Source of the DNA: Octopus vulgaris
Lineage: Eukaryota
Assembly: GCA_951406725.2 (NCBI GenBank)
Contig: OX597814.1
Span: 12,462,001-12,526,000, forward strand
Reading direction: 5' to 3'
Length of the DNA: 64,000 nucleotides
Shown here: in pieces, positions 1 through 12,049 of the stretch
Layout: each line of letters starts with the position of its first letter
How positions within the stretch are numbered: the first letter of the stretch is position 1
Program-made: the position numbers and the translations under genes
Notes under the pieces: model-generated
Database searches by the model: none
What the model was told of the DNA's origin: nothing
Seen by the model: only the letters and a program-made list of their open reading frames with translations

Positions 1-532
1 TATATATATATATACACGCACAGAGTTCGACTGAGCTCTACATTGCTTAAGATTCTTGTGCGTAGCACACGTCCGAATTGTAAGATGTTCGGATAAAGTG
101 CATGTTGTAAACAACGACCCCAGACTTATTCGAACATCTCACGAGGTAGACATGTACTACACGCACCCACAAAACTTTAAGAGATGTAGAAATGCGTTAA
201 ACTGTAATTTAATATCTCTAACCATAACCAAATATGTTGACTGCTATCTTATTTCATTCTTTTACTCACTCACTCGTGTACATCTATAGGTGCACATATG
301 GGTGACCAAAAAATACAACTGTCAAGCAACTCTGTGGTATTGAGCAGAATATTTGCTCTAATGATATTTCTGCTCCAGCAACTCACCGCTGAATCTGTCT
401 GACATGTAATGGGAAATAGGTCAGTTTATAAGTGTTGATGTCCAGGTCAAAAACAAGAAAGTTTGAAGGGAAGAGTAGTCATTTCCTTTGATTTCTAGAT
501 AGAAGCAAATGGCAAATAACACTTACTGACAA

Positions 533-606
<74 letters not shown>
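533..606. repeat. (TAA)n microsatellite, 5' flank of Dong element
   Basis: Direct read; further (TAA)n at 2563-2592 and 3149-3241. Confidence 0.98.
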
Positions 607-2559
607 GGCGTTTGATAGCATCCCCCACACATGGATCCTCGAAACACTAGCCATTAACAAAGTAGCACCAACAATCATAAAATTCATAGAGCACTCTATG
701 AATAAATGGCAAACAGTCCTACACCTCCAAACAAAAGAGGGACTCATGAAAACAAAAGACATCCCCATTAGAAGAGGAATATTCCAGGGAGATACGCTCT
801 CTCCACTCCTTTTCTGCTTAGCACTGTCACCTCTATCTGATATGCTAAATAGAACTGGATGCGGATATAAATGTTACGGCCAAACGATCAGCCACCTTTT
901 ATATATGGATGACCTAAAACTATACGCTGCAAATGACAAACAGCTGGAAACACTATTAAAGACAGTTCATGGATTTACCAAAGAAATATATATGAAATTT
1001 GGATTAGAAAAATGCGCCAAAGTAACCATGAAAAGAGGAAAACTAGTTAAGAGTAACAACATCACACTAGATGAAGCAAATGAAATAAAAGAATTAGACC
1101 AAAGCCAAACTTACAAATACTTAGGAATCCATGAACTAGATAAGACACAACACACACAAATGAAAGAGAAAATAAAAAAGAATATTATAGACGAGTTAGA
1201 TCAATACTAAACACAGAGCTCAATGCTAAAAACAAGATAATAGGTATCAACACTTTAGCTGTCCCAGTTATAAGTTACAGCTACAATATCCTTAACTGGA
1301 CACGAAATGAACTGACCAAAATAGACAGGAAAACAAGAAAAATAATGACAGGATCTAGGATGCATCACCCAAAATCTGACATAGAAAGACTATATATACA
1401 ACGTATAGAAGGTGGTAGAGGCCTTATACAGCTGGAAAACTACTATAAAATAACCACCATAGGACTGCAAAAATATCTACTTCAGAAGGAAGGAAAACTG
1501 ATCCAGATAGCGGCAAAACACGAGCAAAACAAAAAACTGTTCTCAGTATTTAAGGAAGCTGACAAATACAAACAAGAAATCATACCACCTAATAAACATG
1601 AAGAAGAAGAAGAAGATGAAGAAACAACAAAAGCTATAAAAAAAATGAAATCCAAACTAAAAATAGAACAGCAACGAACCATGATAAAACGATGGCAAGA
1701 AAAGCCCCTTCATGGTAAATACTGGACTAAACTAAACGCAAAAGAAATAGACAAAGAAAAATCCCAGCAATGGTTGAGAAGCTCAGGACTCAAAGCAGAA
1801 ACAGAGGGATTTTTAATTGCAGCACAAGACCAAAGCCTCCCCACCAGAAATTACCAAAAACATGTAATGAAAAGAAATATTACAAGTAACTGCAGAATAT
1901 GTGGAGATGGACAAGAAACAATAAATCATATTATCTCTAGCTGCCCAGTCCTGGCTAAGAAGGAATATATTCACAGACATGACAGAGTTGGAACTTACAT
2001 ACATTGGAAGCTATGCCAACATTATGGAATAACAACAGAAAAAAGATGGTATAGGCACACACCAGAAAAGGTCACAGAAAACGAGAAAGCAACCATACTC
2101 TGGGATATGCCGATACACACAGATAGAGAAATTAAGGCCAACAGACCAGATATAGTTGTCAGAGACCATGAAGAAAAAAATGCTTTCTAATTGATGTATC
2201 AGTACCGGCAGATGACAACGTGTCTCTAAAAGAAATGGAGAAACTCTCAAAATACAAAGACCTGGAAATAGAGGTAACTAGAATGTGGAATCTGAAAACA
2301 GAAACAATTCCTATCATAGTAGGTGCATTAGGCATGATAAAAAAATATTCAGACAAATACATAACAAAAACACCAGGACTTACAAACACATATAACATAC
2401 AGAAAATTGCACTACTGGGCACTGCACACATCCTACGCAGAACACTTTCCATACAATAACCATCAGAGCATCACAACAAATCACAGCACATACCCAAGGC
2501 ACACAGAGCTGTGCTCGGTAGTGAAGTGAAAGCACGCTATAAAAATAAAAATAAAACTA

Positions 2560-2562
<3 letters not shown>
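605..2562 (+). mobile_element. 5'-truncated R4/Dong-clade non-LTR retrotransposon (RT, CCHC zinc knuckle, restriction-like endonuclease), frameshifted
   Basis: Starts at KAFDSIPH. RT motifs GIFQGDTLSPLLF and LLYMDDLK, CRIC..ETINHIISSC knuckle, RHD, RPDIV, KLSKYKDL, ending QKIALLGTAHILRRTL. Two frameshifts at A-runs (~1175, ~2180). (TAA)n on both sides. Confidence 0.93.
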
Positions 2563-2592
<30 letters not shown>

Positions 2593-2593
<1 letters not shown>

Positions 2594-3148
2594 GCCCTGA
2601 TGCAGTACCAGGCAGTGGCTCTCATGGCTTCTGATCTTAACTGATTGGAAGTGTTATCATGTACATTGGTTTGTCTTGGTATAAAAGATGGGCTACAGCA
2701 AATATTCTGCTCAATACCACAGATTTGCTTGTCAGCTGTTTGACCTTAACCAGTTGAGCATGTCCCTTAGTGGCTGACGACATGTGCATCTCTGATCACG
2801 AGCAGAAGTAGTGGGGGAGCATCATAGCAATGTGTTGAGAGGGATTCTTTGGGGTTTGAATAATTCACCTCTGGAAACATGGGTGGTTCTTTCAACATCC
2901 TTAAACAACCCTTATTCAGGGACCTTTTGAGCGGGATGGGCTACTCAACCTGAAGAAAATTCTAACTGGGCCCCACCTGCAAGGTCATGTGCTGTTTATC
3001 TTGATATGAGATCACCATGTCGCGCACATATGGTTGTGATGCATGTGCCTAGTCTACCCTTATCAGACGGGTAGTCATGATGGGTATATTGGGCTTCGTA
3101 TATTTTACCCCAGTGTCACTTTGATGGCATGCACTGCTCTCTCACGCA
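2593..3148. mobile_element. ~560-bp non-coding element inserted in (TAA)n, probable non-autonomous or 3' relic of a TAA-targeting retroelement
   Basis: Sharp (TAA)n boundaries on both sides, higher GC than flanks, no long ORF; 2697-2738 matches the reverse complement of 316-357 (39/42). Confidence 0.55.
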
Positions 3149-3163
3149 GTAATAATAATAATA

Positions 3164-3249
<86 letters not shown>

Positions 3250-3696
3250 AATAAATAAATGATAAATAAATAAAAAATGAAAAATAAAGAGCAAAACTTT
3301 TATTACACGTTGTAACCTCAAATAAGATTGGATGAACGTGATTGGAACGCCCTTGCTTATAACATTATTTGACCAGTGTTGGCTTTAGATTAGAAATCAA
3401 TAGAAAACAATTTACTCACATAGAGATCGAAATAACTTGTGCCTTGCACACATTTTTTTTCCCACACATAGAAAAGGTAATAAAATATGAATGTGTGCTT
3501 GAGAGTTTTCTATTAACAGAAGATAAGACCGAAACAGGACTTAAAACTTTGGTGGAATTAGATACTTTGCTACTCCAAGCACAAGGTAATGCAGTTTCAA
3601 GGAAGTCGAGTCATCCCATGTGCGATCTGGTTTTAAATAAGGCATATTTAAAACGAAACCACTTTTGCATGCATTCGCATACACGCATGCAGAAAA

Positions 3697-3697
<1 letters not shown>

Positions 3698-3785
<88 letters not shown>

Positions 3786-3901
3786 CCTCAATCTACATAT
3801 GCCTATATGTATACGTACATATATACATAGATAGATACATACACACGCACATATACATGCATACAGCATACACATATAGAACTATATGGACAGATAGACA
3901 G

Positions 3902-3954
<53 letters not shown>

Positions 3955-4040
3955 CAGAGAGACAGAGAAACGGATATATATATATACATATACATATAGA
4001 GAGATAGATATAAAGATAGATAGACATAAAGATAGATAGA
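3698..4040. repeat. Compound microsatellite (TATC)n/(TA)n/(GA)n/(GATA)n
   Basis: Direct read. Confidence 0.95.
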
Positions 4041-5335
4041 TGGATGGACAGACAGATATCATGTCAACTTGAAGTCACGAATAAGGTCTTCTAGGTGTCG
4101 TACGTGACAATCATATGGTATTAGAAGAGAAAGATATCTCTGCTTATTCACTGGAGGGAGAGGGGGATTTCTGTGTGTCATTCTAATTATTTGTTATCGT
4201 TCACAAGTACCGACGGATACATACTCATAAAAGCGCACATGCAAACATATAGGGATGCATAGAAACAAACATGCGTACAAACACACATTCATGAGTCAAC
4301 AGGGGAGCACCTACGTGATCTATTTACCTTGTAGAAACAGAAACTACATCGCTATCAACTCACACCTCACCATTTTAAAGAATGAAGGTGTCATAAAATG
4401 TATTCCTAGATACTCATTACAAGGTAGAACTGTAACATATACGGACTCCTTTGACCATAAGTTGGCTCGATTAGCGGTTGACCCATGGTTAAAATTACTA
4501 CACCACTAACAGCAGCACAGATTCGTATTTATAAACATTTATATACGAATAAAAAGCCCCAATAACGTCACTCGATTAGCTAGAAATAAAAATCAAACAT
4601 ATTTTAAATCATATCTCATTAAATAATTAATTCCCAAATACCTTCCAGTAAGACTGGACGTACGTGGTTGGAACACCTTTAGTTGTGGCATTACTCGACC
4701 AGAGTCTACTTTAGATAAGAGATCAAAAGAAAGGAAAAAAAAAAAGAAAACACACATTTACTTATACACAGATATACTCATACGCACACACATCTGATGA
4801 AGATTACGAGACTGAAAGAAATGAATTCGTTAAATTCATATTTTTATATGGGAACAATATTGACCTTCAAAATGACGTCAAGACATAACTAAATATTTTT
4901 TTTTTACCCTGGAAAGAGGGAAAAATCTGCACAGTTATGAATCAATATGCAGAGCGCAGAATGATGTGTGATACCTCTTGCTTGCTCCTCCACCGGCGGT
5001 TGAAAAGTGATCTAATTTTCACTTTCAAAATGATATTGTAGAACACTGAGTATTCAATAATATCCACACAATAATAGCATTGACAAGTATTATCAACATC
5101 ACATACCATTATCAACAGCTGTTTTGGAAGCATTTACGGATGCATTCTTAGATTACATCATGGTAAGAAACTGTCTATCTTAAACATAGACAGCAAAGGT
5201 AGAAATAGAAAGTGACATGTTCATCAACAACCATGATGGAACAAATGAGCGCCACTTGTGTTTTCGTCTTTTATACATACGCTGCTTTTGGAACCATTCC
5301 TAGGTTGGATCTACAGTTTATATTAGATTGGGTAC

Positions 5336-5377
<42 letters not shown>

Positions 5378-5469
5378 GCACACACTCAGACAGAGAAAGA
5401 AAGAAATGGAAAGTCTTCTTTGTTTTGGATTGTTAGGTTGAATTGTCAGTGTGCTGCTATTAGTCAAGG

Positions 5470-6755
5470 AATCATTCAACAGAAAGCGTTGTCTTTGTTT
5501 GAGGACCTGAAGAAAAAATATCCGGAAGAAAAAATATCCAGCAGCGAAGTACTGTAAGGAGAAGGGGTTTCCTTTTAAGGTCTTACTTGTCTAGATAATG
5601 TTCTTGGCTACCCGCAAAACATCATAGATTTTGATCCCAACTTTACCGTTGTATACCTCCCTCTGAACACCACGTCTCTTCTGCAGCCAAAGGATCAAGG
5701 AAGAATTGCTATCTTCAAGCGTTACTATATGAAGCGTAATCTGCGGCAAGCAATAGCTTCAACTGATCTTGATGAGTCCACCACACTTCGTGACATTTGA
5801 AAGGCTGTACAGAACATAGCAGTAGCATGGAATGATGTACAGAGCACGGCTATGAATGACGTATGGAAGAAACTATGCCCGCAATTTATGAATGGTTTTA
5901 AATTATTTGATAATGTTACCGTCAATAAGACATTGGTGACTACGAGCAAAGAACTGGAAATGGATTTGGAGGAGGAGGATTTGATAGATTTATTCGAAAA
6001 TGACAAGCGCGCAGGAGTGTCTGTGTGGTAAGTAGCTTGCTTACCAACCACATGGTTCCGGGTTCAGTCCTACTGCGTGGCACCTTGGGCAAGTGTCTTC
6101 TGCTATAGCCCCGGGCCGACCAAAGCCTTGTGAGTGGATTTGGTAGACGGAAACTGAAAGAAGCCCGTCGTATATATGTATATATATATATATATATATA
6201 TGCGTGTGTGTGTTTGGGTGTCTGTGTTTGTTCCCCTAGCATTGCTTGACAACCGATGCTGGTGTGTTTATGTCCCCGTCACTTAGCGGTTCGGCAAAAA
6301 AGAGACCGATAGAATAAGTACTGGGCTTACAAAGAATAAGTCCCGGGGTCGAGTTGCTCGATTAAAGGCGGTGCTCCAGCATGGCCGCAGTCAAATGACT
6401 GAAACAAGTAAAAGAGTAAAAGAGAGCCAATGAGGAACGAGGATTCGATAGAGCTTCACGAGCAGCAGAATAAAGAAGAAAATGCGGCAAGCTTTTGCAT
6501 ATATCGAAAAACGTCTTTCAATATCCGAGGATATGGATTCAAATGCTCAACGCTTTACCAGGATCATGGGGGCTTGTCACGAAGCTTTTGCTCCTTGTAA
6601 TGTAATCCTTGAAGAAAAGAAGACATTTCCAGGAACTCTCAACCGGTTTGTTAAGCGCATCAAGCATGGACAGCCAGATTTGATGTTGAAGATCCATAGC
6701 CATCTACATCCATGATGTAATTGACGATACACAGCCGTCTACATGTGCCATGTAA
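5470..6755 (+). mobile_element. Degenerate Tigger/pogo (DDE_1) transposase relic interrupted by a SINE
   Basis: Translation LDNVLGYPQ...VVYLPLNTTSLLQPKDQGRIAIFKRYY matches the Tigger LP(P)NTTSLIQP(M)DQG motif; stops and frameshifts; SINE at 6009-6426. Confidence 0.85.
6009..6426 (+). mobile_element. tRNA-derived SINE family A (~410 bp, internal TA/TG tract)
   Basis: A-box-like TGGCTGTGTGG consensus (TGTCTGTGTGG here) and B-box-like GGTTCAGTCC; near-identical copies elsewhere in window; tail GGCGGTGCTCCAGCATGGCCGCAG..GAAACAAGTAAAAGAG. Confidence 0.92.
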
Positions 6756-7159
6756 ATCATCAAATTGTATGTAAGCATTGATAAATTTAAAATAATCTAA
6801 TTTGTTTTTAATATTGCAAACTGATAATAATTACTGAATTTGTTTTTTAAGCTTAAAAATGGCTTTTATTTTACCATGTCTTTTTGCACATCGCATTCAT
6901 AAATAAAGCGTTCGCGATGTACGGTAAGCACCGCCAATTTAGATTACTTTTTTTTTCATAGTACTGTATTAAAAAATAAAAATTATTTGTTTGTAAGTTT
7001 AAAATAGGTTTTTATTAACCCTGTATTATTGAAAATGTATTCATAAATAAAGTACAGAACTGGGATGGTTATAATCAGTTTAGTCTAAAGACAAGTAAAT
7101 TCGGCCTAACCTAGCTTAGAGACAACTCCCAGCTGTAAACAAATACATGTGTGTGTGTG

Positions 7160-7212
<53 letters not shown>

Positions 7213-7285
7213 CACATTAAGTACAGGATATCATCAACGAGTGAAAAATACGTAAACACACGAGAGGTAAGTACAGGAAATATCA

Positions 7286-7347
<62 letters not shown>

Positions 7348-8104
7348 CTGATGACTGGGGATTTTTCCTTGTGTAGTTGTCTTCTACTCTGTTTTTTCGT
7401 TGTTAAAAAAATGGTCCGTTCCATGCTGTTTTTACTTTTTCATTTCTCGTTGAGTTCTACGTCTGTTTGTGGTGTCCTGTACACACGTATATATATTTAT
7501 ATATGCATGTATATATACATGTAGATGTAGGTACGTACATATATGTTTGTATGTATGCATATATTTTATTTATTACACTATTGTATGACTGAGCGCCCTC
7601 GCGTCAATTCGATTTGATTCGTTTCGTTTCGTTTCTCCTTCTTCTCTAAGCTGGTTTATATATATATATACATGTACTCGTCATAACATATTGAGTGACT
7701 GTGGCCATTTGGTTGATAAATTACTTGTCAATACAATACTCTTCCCCTCAGGTCAGCCAGTTCAGAAAAGTATTTTTAATCTCTTTCTTTCCTGATACTC
7801 TATCTTGCCTGTCTATTTCTCTTTCTCCCATCTCTGGCTCACTTTACCAATCTACTTTGCCTGCTTGCTTACTTGCCTGTCTGCTTATATACCTGCCTGT
7901 CTTGCACGTATGCCCGTTTCTGTCTCTCTCTTCTCTCTTTGTCTCTGCATCTCTGATTAACTTTCTTCTCATCTTTCCAATTTTAACAATCGTATTAGAT
8001 GACACTGAATCATACACATACTCACATATTTGAGTATGATAACTACAAATAAGTTTTGAATATACAGATATACGTATTGATTGTATATGCAAATGTGTAA
8101 GTAT

Positions 8105-8394
8105 AATTAATTGGCATTCCTTCGATACAACTTGACAAAATCAAAGCATGTCACTTCGGGTATTTCCGTGGATGCAAAGGACAGTTCGATTCTGTTTTCT
8201 TCTTCTTTGAAATTTGCGGATTTTACATAAACACATGAAACAGGTAAGAACAAATATGCAAGGTTTTTTTTTTTTCTTCAAGTTTAAAATTGCTGGCATA
8301 ATTTCGTTATATCTATTACTCCACAACCCACGGAAATACCCGAAGTGAAATGTTTTGATTTTGTCGAGTTGTATCGAAGGAATGCCAATTAATT
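8105..8394. mobile_element. MITE (element 8113-8386) with ~59-bp TIRs starting GG and 8-bp TSD AATTAATT, Merlin-like
   Basis: GGCATTCCTTCGATACAACT...TTCCGTGG at 8113-8171 is inverted at 8328-8386; AATTAATT at 8105-8112 and 8387-8394. Confidence 0.8.
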
Positions 8395-8803
8395 TGTATA
8401 TGTGTATGTGTTACGTGAGTACAATGGTGTCGACGCAGCATCACAGAATGGTCGAGAAATTCGCTTCGCAATTAAGAGATCCTATGCTTGTTCCCTCTGC
8501 GTGGTACCTTGGGCACGTGTCTTTTCCCTTGGCTTTGAAGAACACAAGGACGTCTGATGCATTCTGGGTAAGCAGAAACTTCGTTGAATAGATTGTGTAT
8601 GTTGTTCAAAAATATCAAAAGTACAGCCTTGTCAGTTACGGAATGTATCACGCTGACTCTGTCTGAAAATATGTCAAATGCGCACGTGACCCTCAAATGT
8701 TCAGCCCTTAATATGATGATAATTAAGTTATCAGGAAGCCGAATCGGTATCGTCAAAACGATCCATTTGCTTTTACTATAAATAAACACTCATCATGCAT
8801 ATG

Positions 8804-9318
8804 TACATACATACATACATACATACATACATACATACAATCATACATACATACATACATACATGCATACATACATACATACATACATGCATGCATGCAT
8901 ACATACATACATACATACATACATACATACATACATAATACATGCATACATACATACATACATACATACATACATACATACATACATACATGCATGCATA
9001 CATACATACATACATACATACATACATACATACATACATACATACGTACATACATACATACATACATACATACATACATACATACGTACATGCATACATA
9101 CATACATACATACGTACATGCATACATACATACATACATACATACACACATACATACATACATACATGCATACATACATACATACATGCATGCATACATA
9201 CATACATACATACATACATACATACATGCATACATACATACATACATGCATACATACATACATACATACATACATACATACATACATGCATACATACATA
9301 CATACATACATACATACA

Positions 9319-9347
<29 letters not shown>
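8804..9347. repeat. Long (ATAC)n microsatellite
   Basis: Direct read; explains the MYVC/HTYI pseudo-ORFs. Confidence 0.98.
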
Positions 9348-9354
<7 letters not shown>

Positions 9355-9725
9355 TATACATATATAAAATAAGAAAATAAAGATGAATCAATTAAAAATT
9401 ATATTTATTAATTACAAAAATAGCGATAATCTCTGACAGCTGTTAAACTGTTATGTTCTGATGTGTTAAATGTACGGAGCATTTCTCATTTTTCTTAAAT
9501 AAATATAAATCCCGGTTTATTTTTGATTACCTGTTTTTTTTTTAATATTAAATCTGATATTCAAAATAAATTATAGGTAAGAAACCAGTACATTCATTGG
9601 ATGTTATTATCCGTTAATGAGGCTTATTTGACCTCTAATCGAACTTATTACAAATAGGAAATAGTTGCGCAACAAGGCACCAATGTTTGCCGGAAATAGC
9701 AGTCGATAACTGTACGATGCTATGT

Positions 9726-10110
9726 GGAAGCACTCCGTCGGTTACGACGATGAGGGTTCCGGTTGATCCGAATCAACGGAACAGCCTGCTCGTGAAATTA
9801 ACGTGTAAGTGGCTGAGCACTCCACAGACACGTGCACCCTTAACGTAGTTCTCGGGGATATTCAGCGTGACACAGAGAGTGACAAGGCCGGCCCCTTGAA
9901 ATACAGGTACAACAGAAACAGGAAGTAAGAGTGAGAGAAAGTTGTGGTGAAAGAGTACAGCAGGGATCACCACCATCCCCTGCCGGAGCCTCGTGGAGCT
10001 TTTAGGTGTTTTCGCTCAATAAACACTCACAACGCCCGGTCTGGGAATCGAAACCACGATCCTATGACCGCGAGTCCGCTGCCCTAACCACTGGGCCATT
10101 GTGCCTCCAC
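9726..10110 (-). mobile_element. tRNA-derived SINE family B (~385 bp) with 12-bp TSD
   Basis: Head TGGCCCAGTGGTTAGGGCAGCGGAC..GGTTTCGATTCC; TSD ACGATGCTATGT at 9714-9725 and 10109-10120; copies at 12512 and 44993. Confidence 0.93.
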
Positions 10111-10286
10111 GATGCTATGTAAAGCTTCACTGAATGTATAGAGGCAAAGATGTGTGTGGGCGGCGAACATAAAAAATATTTCATCTTAACCCTGAGAAGA
10201 ACGCCTGAGAATTGGACAACTTAGAATGGATAACCTAGTACTCGAGTTTCGGACTTTCCGGAATGCGTTTCATATCGCTAATCTGG

Positions 10287-10329
<43 letters not shown>

Positions 10330-10490
10330 GTGTACTTACGTAAGGAATTATCTCAATTATCAATGTATTTCTGACTCAACATGAAGCATTATCTGCTTTG
10401 TTTGGCGATACACTTCGATAGGCTAAGCAAAGAAACTTCATTTAAGTACTTAGTTTCATATCAGTAAAGATATATTGGAGCTTCTTCAAT

Positions 10491-10535
<45 letters not shown>

Positions 10536-10550
10536 ACCACCACCACCACC

Positions 10551-10590
<40 letters not shown>

Positions 10591-10669
10591 TCACCATCAC
10601 CATCACCACCACCACCACCGCCACCACCACCACCACCACCACTACTACTACTACTACTACCACCACCAA

Positions 10670-10717
<48 letters not shown>

Positions 10718-10725
10718 CACACACC

Positions 10726-10757
<32 letters not shown>

Positions 10758-10775
10758 CACCACCAACAACAACAA

Positions 10776-10840
<65 letters not shown>

Positions 10841-10870
10841 TTGCTGCTGCTGCTTTTTCTGCTGCTGATT
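10491..10870. repeat. Compound trinucleotide microsatellite (CTA)n/(CCA)n/(CTG)n
   Basis: Direct read. Confidence 0.97.
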
Positions 10871-11000
10871 CTGCTGCTTGTGCTGCTGTTACAACTTCTG
10901 CTACTTACATTTGGAACCCATGGAATGTAGACCTAAATACGTAAATCGATACTCAAAAGTATTGTGCCTGAATAAAAACTATTATCACTATCATTATTGT

Positions 11001-11198
11001 GAGCTGGCAGAATCATTAGCACACCTGGCAAAATGTTGAGCGGTATTTCGTCCATTTTTAAGTTCTGAGTTCAAATTCCGCCGAGGTTGACTTTGCCTTT
11101 CGGGGTCGATAGAATGAGTACTAGTTGAGTATTGGGGTCGATGTACTCAACTAGTCCCCTACCGCCAAATTTCAGGCTTTGAGCCTATAGTAGAAAGA

Positions 11199-11200
<2 letters not shown>
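11001..11200 (+). mobile_element. tRNA-derived SINE family C
   Basis: GAGCTGGCAGAATC..TAGCAC head, B-box GAGTTCAAATTCC, central GACTTTGCCTTT..GGGGTCGAT domain shared with copies at 31318, 35966, 40193, 57941, 59300. Confidence 0.85.
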
Positions 11201-11263
<63 letters not shown>

Positions 11264-11286
11264 CATCATTATTATTATTATCATTA

Positions 11287-11961
11287 CTTTTTTTCTTCTT
11301 TCAAATTTTCTTCCATTTCTTGCCGAGTGTCTTCCCGACTCCTAGGGCAAAGAAACTCATAGTGTATATTGGTAGGCCATTAAAGCAAACTCAGTAGTTC
11401 GTTCATTTTTTTTTTTTTTTTTTTTTTTAAAGTTAAATTAAAATACATGAGCAGCAACAGTTCTCACATCGACAATGCTCTTCTCAATACGTGTGATGTA
11501 CCAGTTAAGACAATCTTTTGCACTTCTTGCAGGGATGGTAAGCTAGGGATCATTCTCATATAATTTTCGGTTCCCTTCTTGATCATTCCTAGTGCTCCTA
11601 CGATCACTGGTATTGTAACCGCCTTGAGATGCCACATTTTCTCAATTTCAATGAGTAGGTCTTTATATTTTCTGAGCTTGTCAAACTCTTTCGCTGAGAT
11701 ATTATGATCACAGGGGATGCTCATGTCGATCAATAAGCAAACTTTATTGTTTTGGTCTTTCACAACAATATCTGGTTTATTGGCCTTGATGGTTCGGTCT
11801 GTATGTACTGGAAAGTCCCACAGAATGGTTACATTTTCTTCTTCAGTTACAGCCTCAGGGTGGTGATTATACCACTTGTCGGCAGTTTTGATATTGTAAT
11901 GCCGACTTATTAGCCAGTGGAGATATTGGCCAACTCTGTCATGTCTTAATTTATACTCCAC

Positions 11962-11962
<1 letters not shown>
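11287..11962 (-). mobile_element. 3' fragment of R4/Dong RLE retrotransposon in (TAA)n
   Basis: ORF 11464-11961: YKLRHDRV..ILWDF..KPDIV..KLRKYKDL..QKIVLTGTSHVLRRAL; (TAT)n on both sides; near-identical to 41113-41654. Confidence 0.93.

Positions 11963-12047
<85 letters not shown>

Positions 12048-12049
<2 letters not shown>

Noticed and set aside
7346-7400. CTGATGA directly after (TA)n
   Set aside because: No downstream GAAA or closing stems; at most a truncated relic
8753-9391. Long ORFs with [16 protein letters not shown], poly-L or poly-I repeats here and throughout (e.g. 45362-46429, 52446-52914, 58517-59165)
   Set aside because: Translations of microsatellites that lack stop codons; no coding evidence
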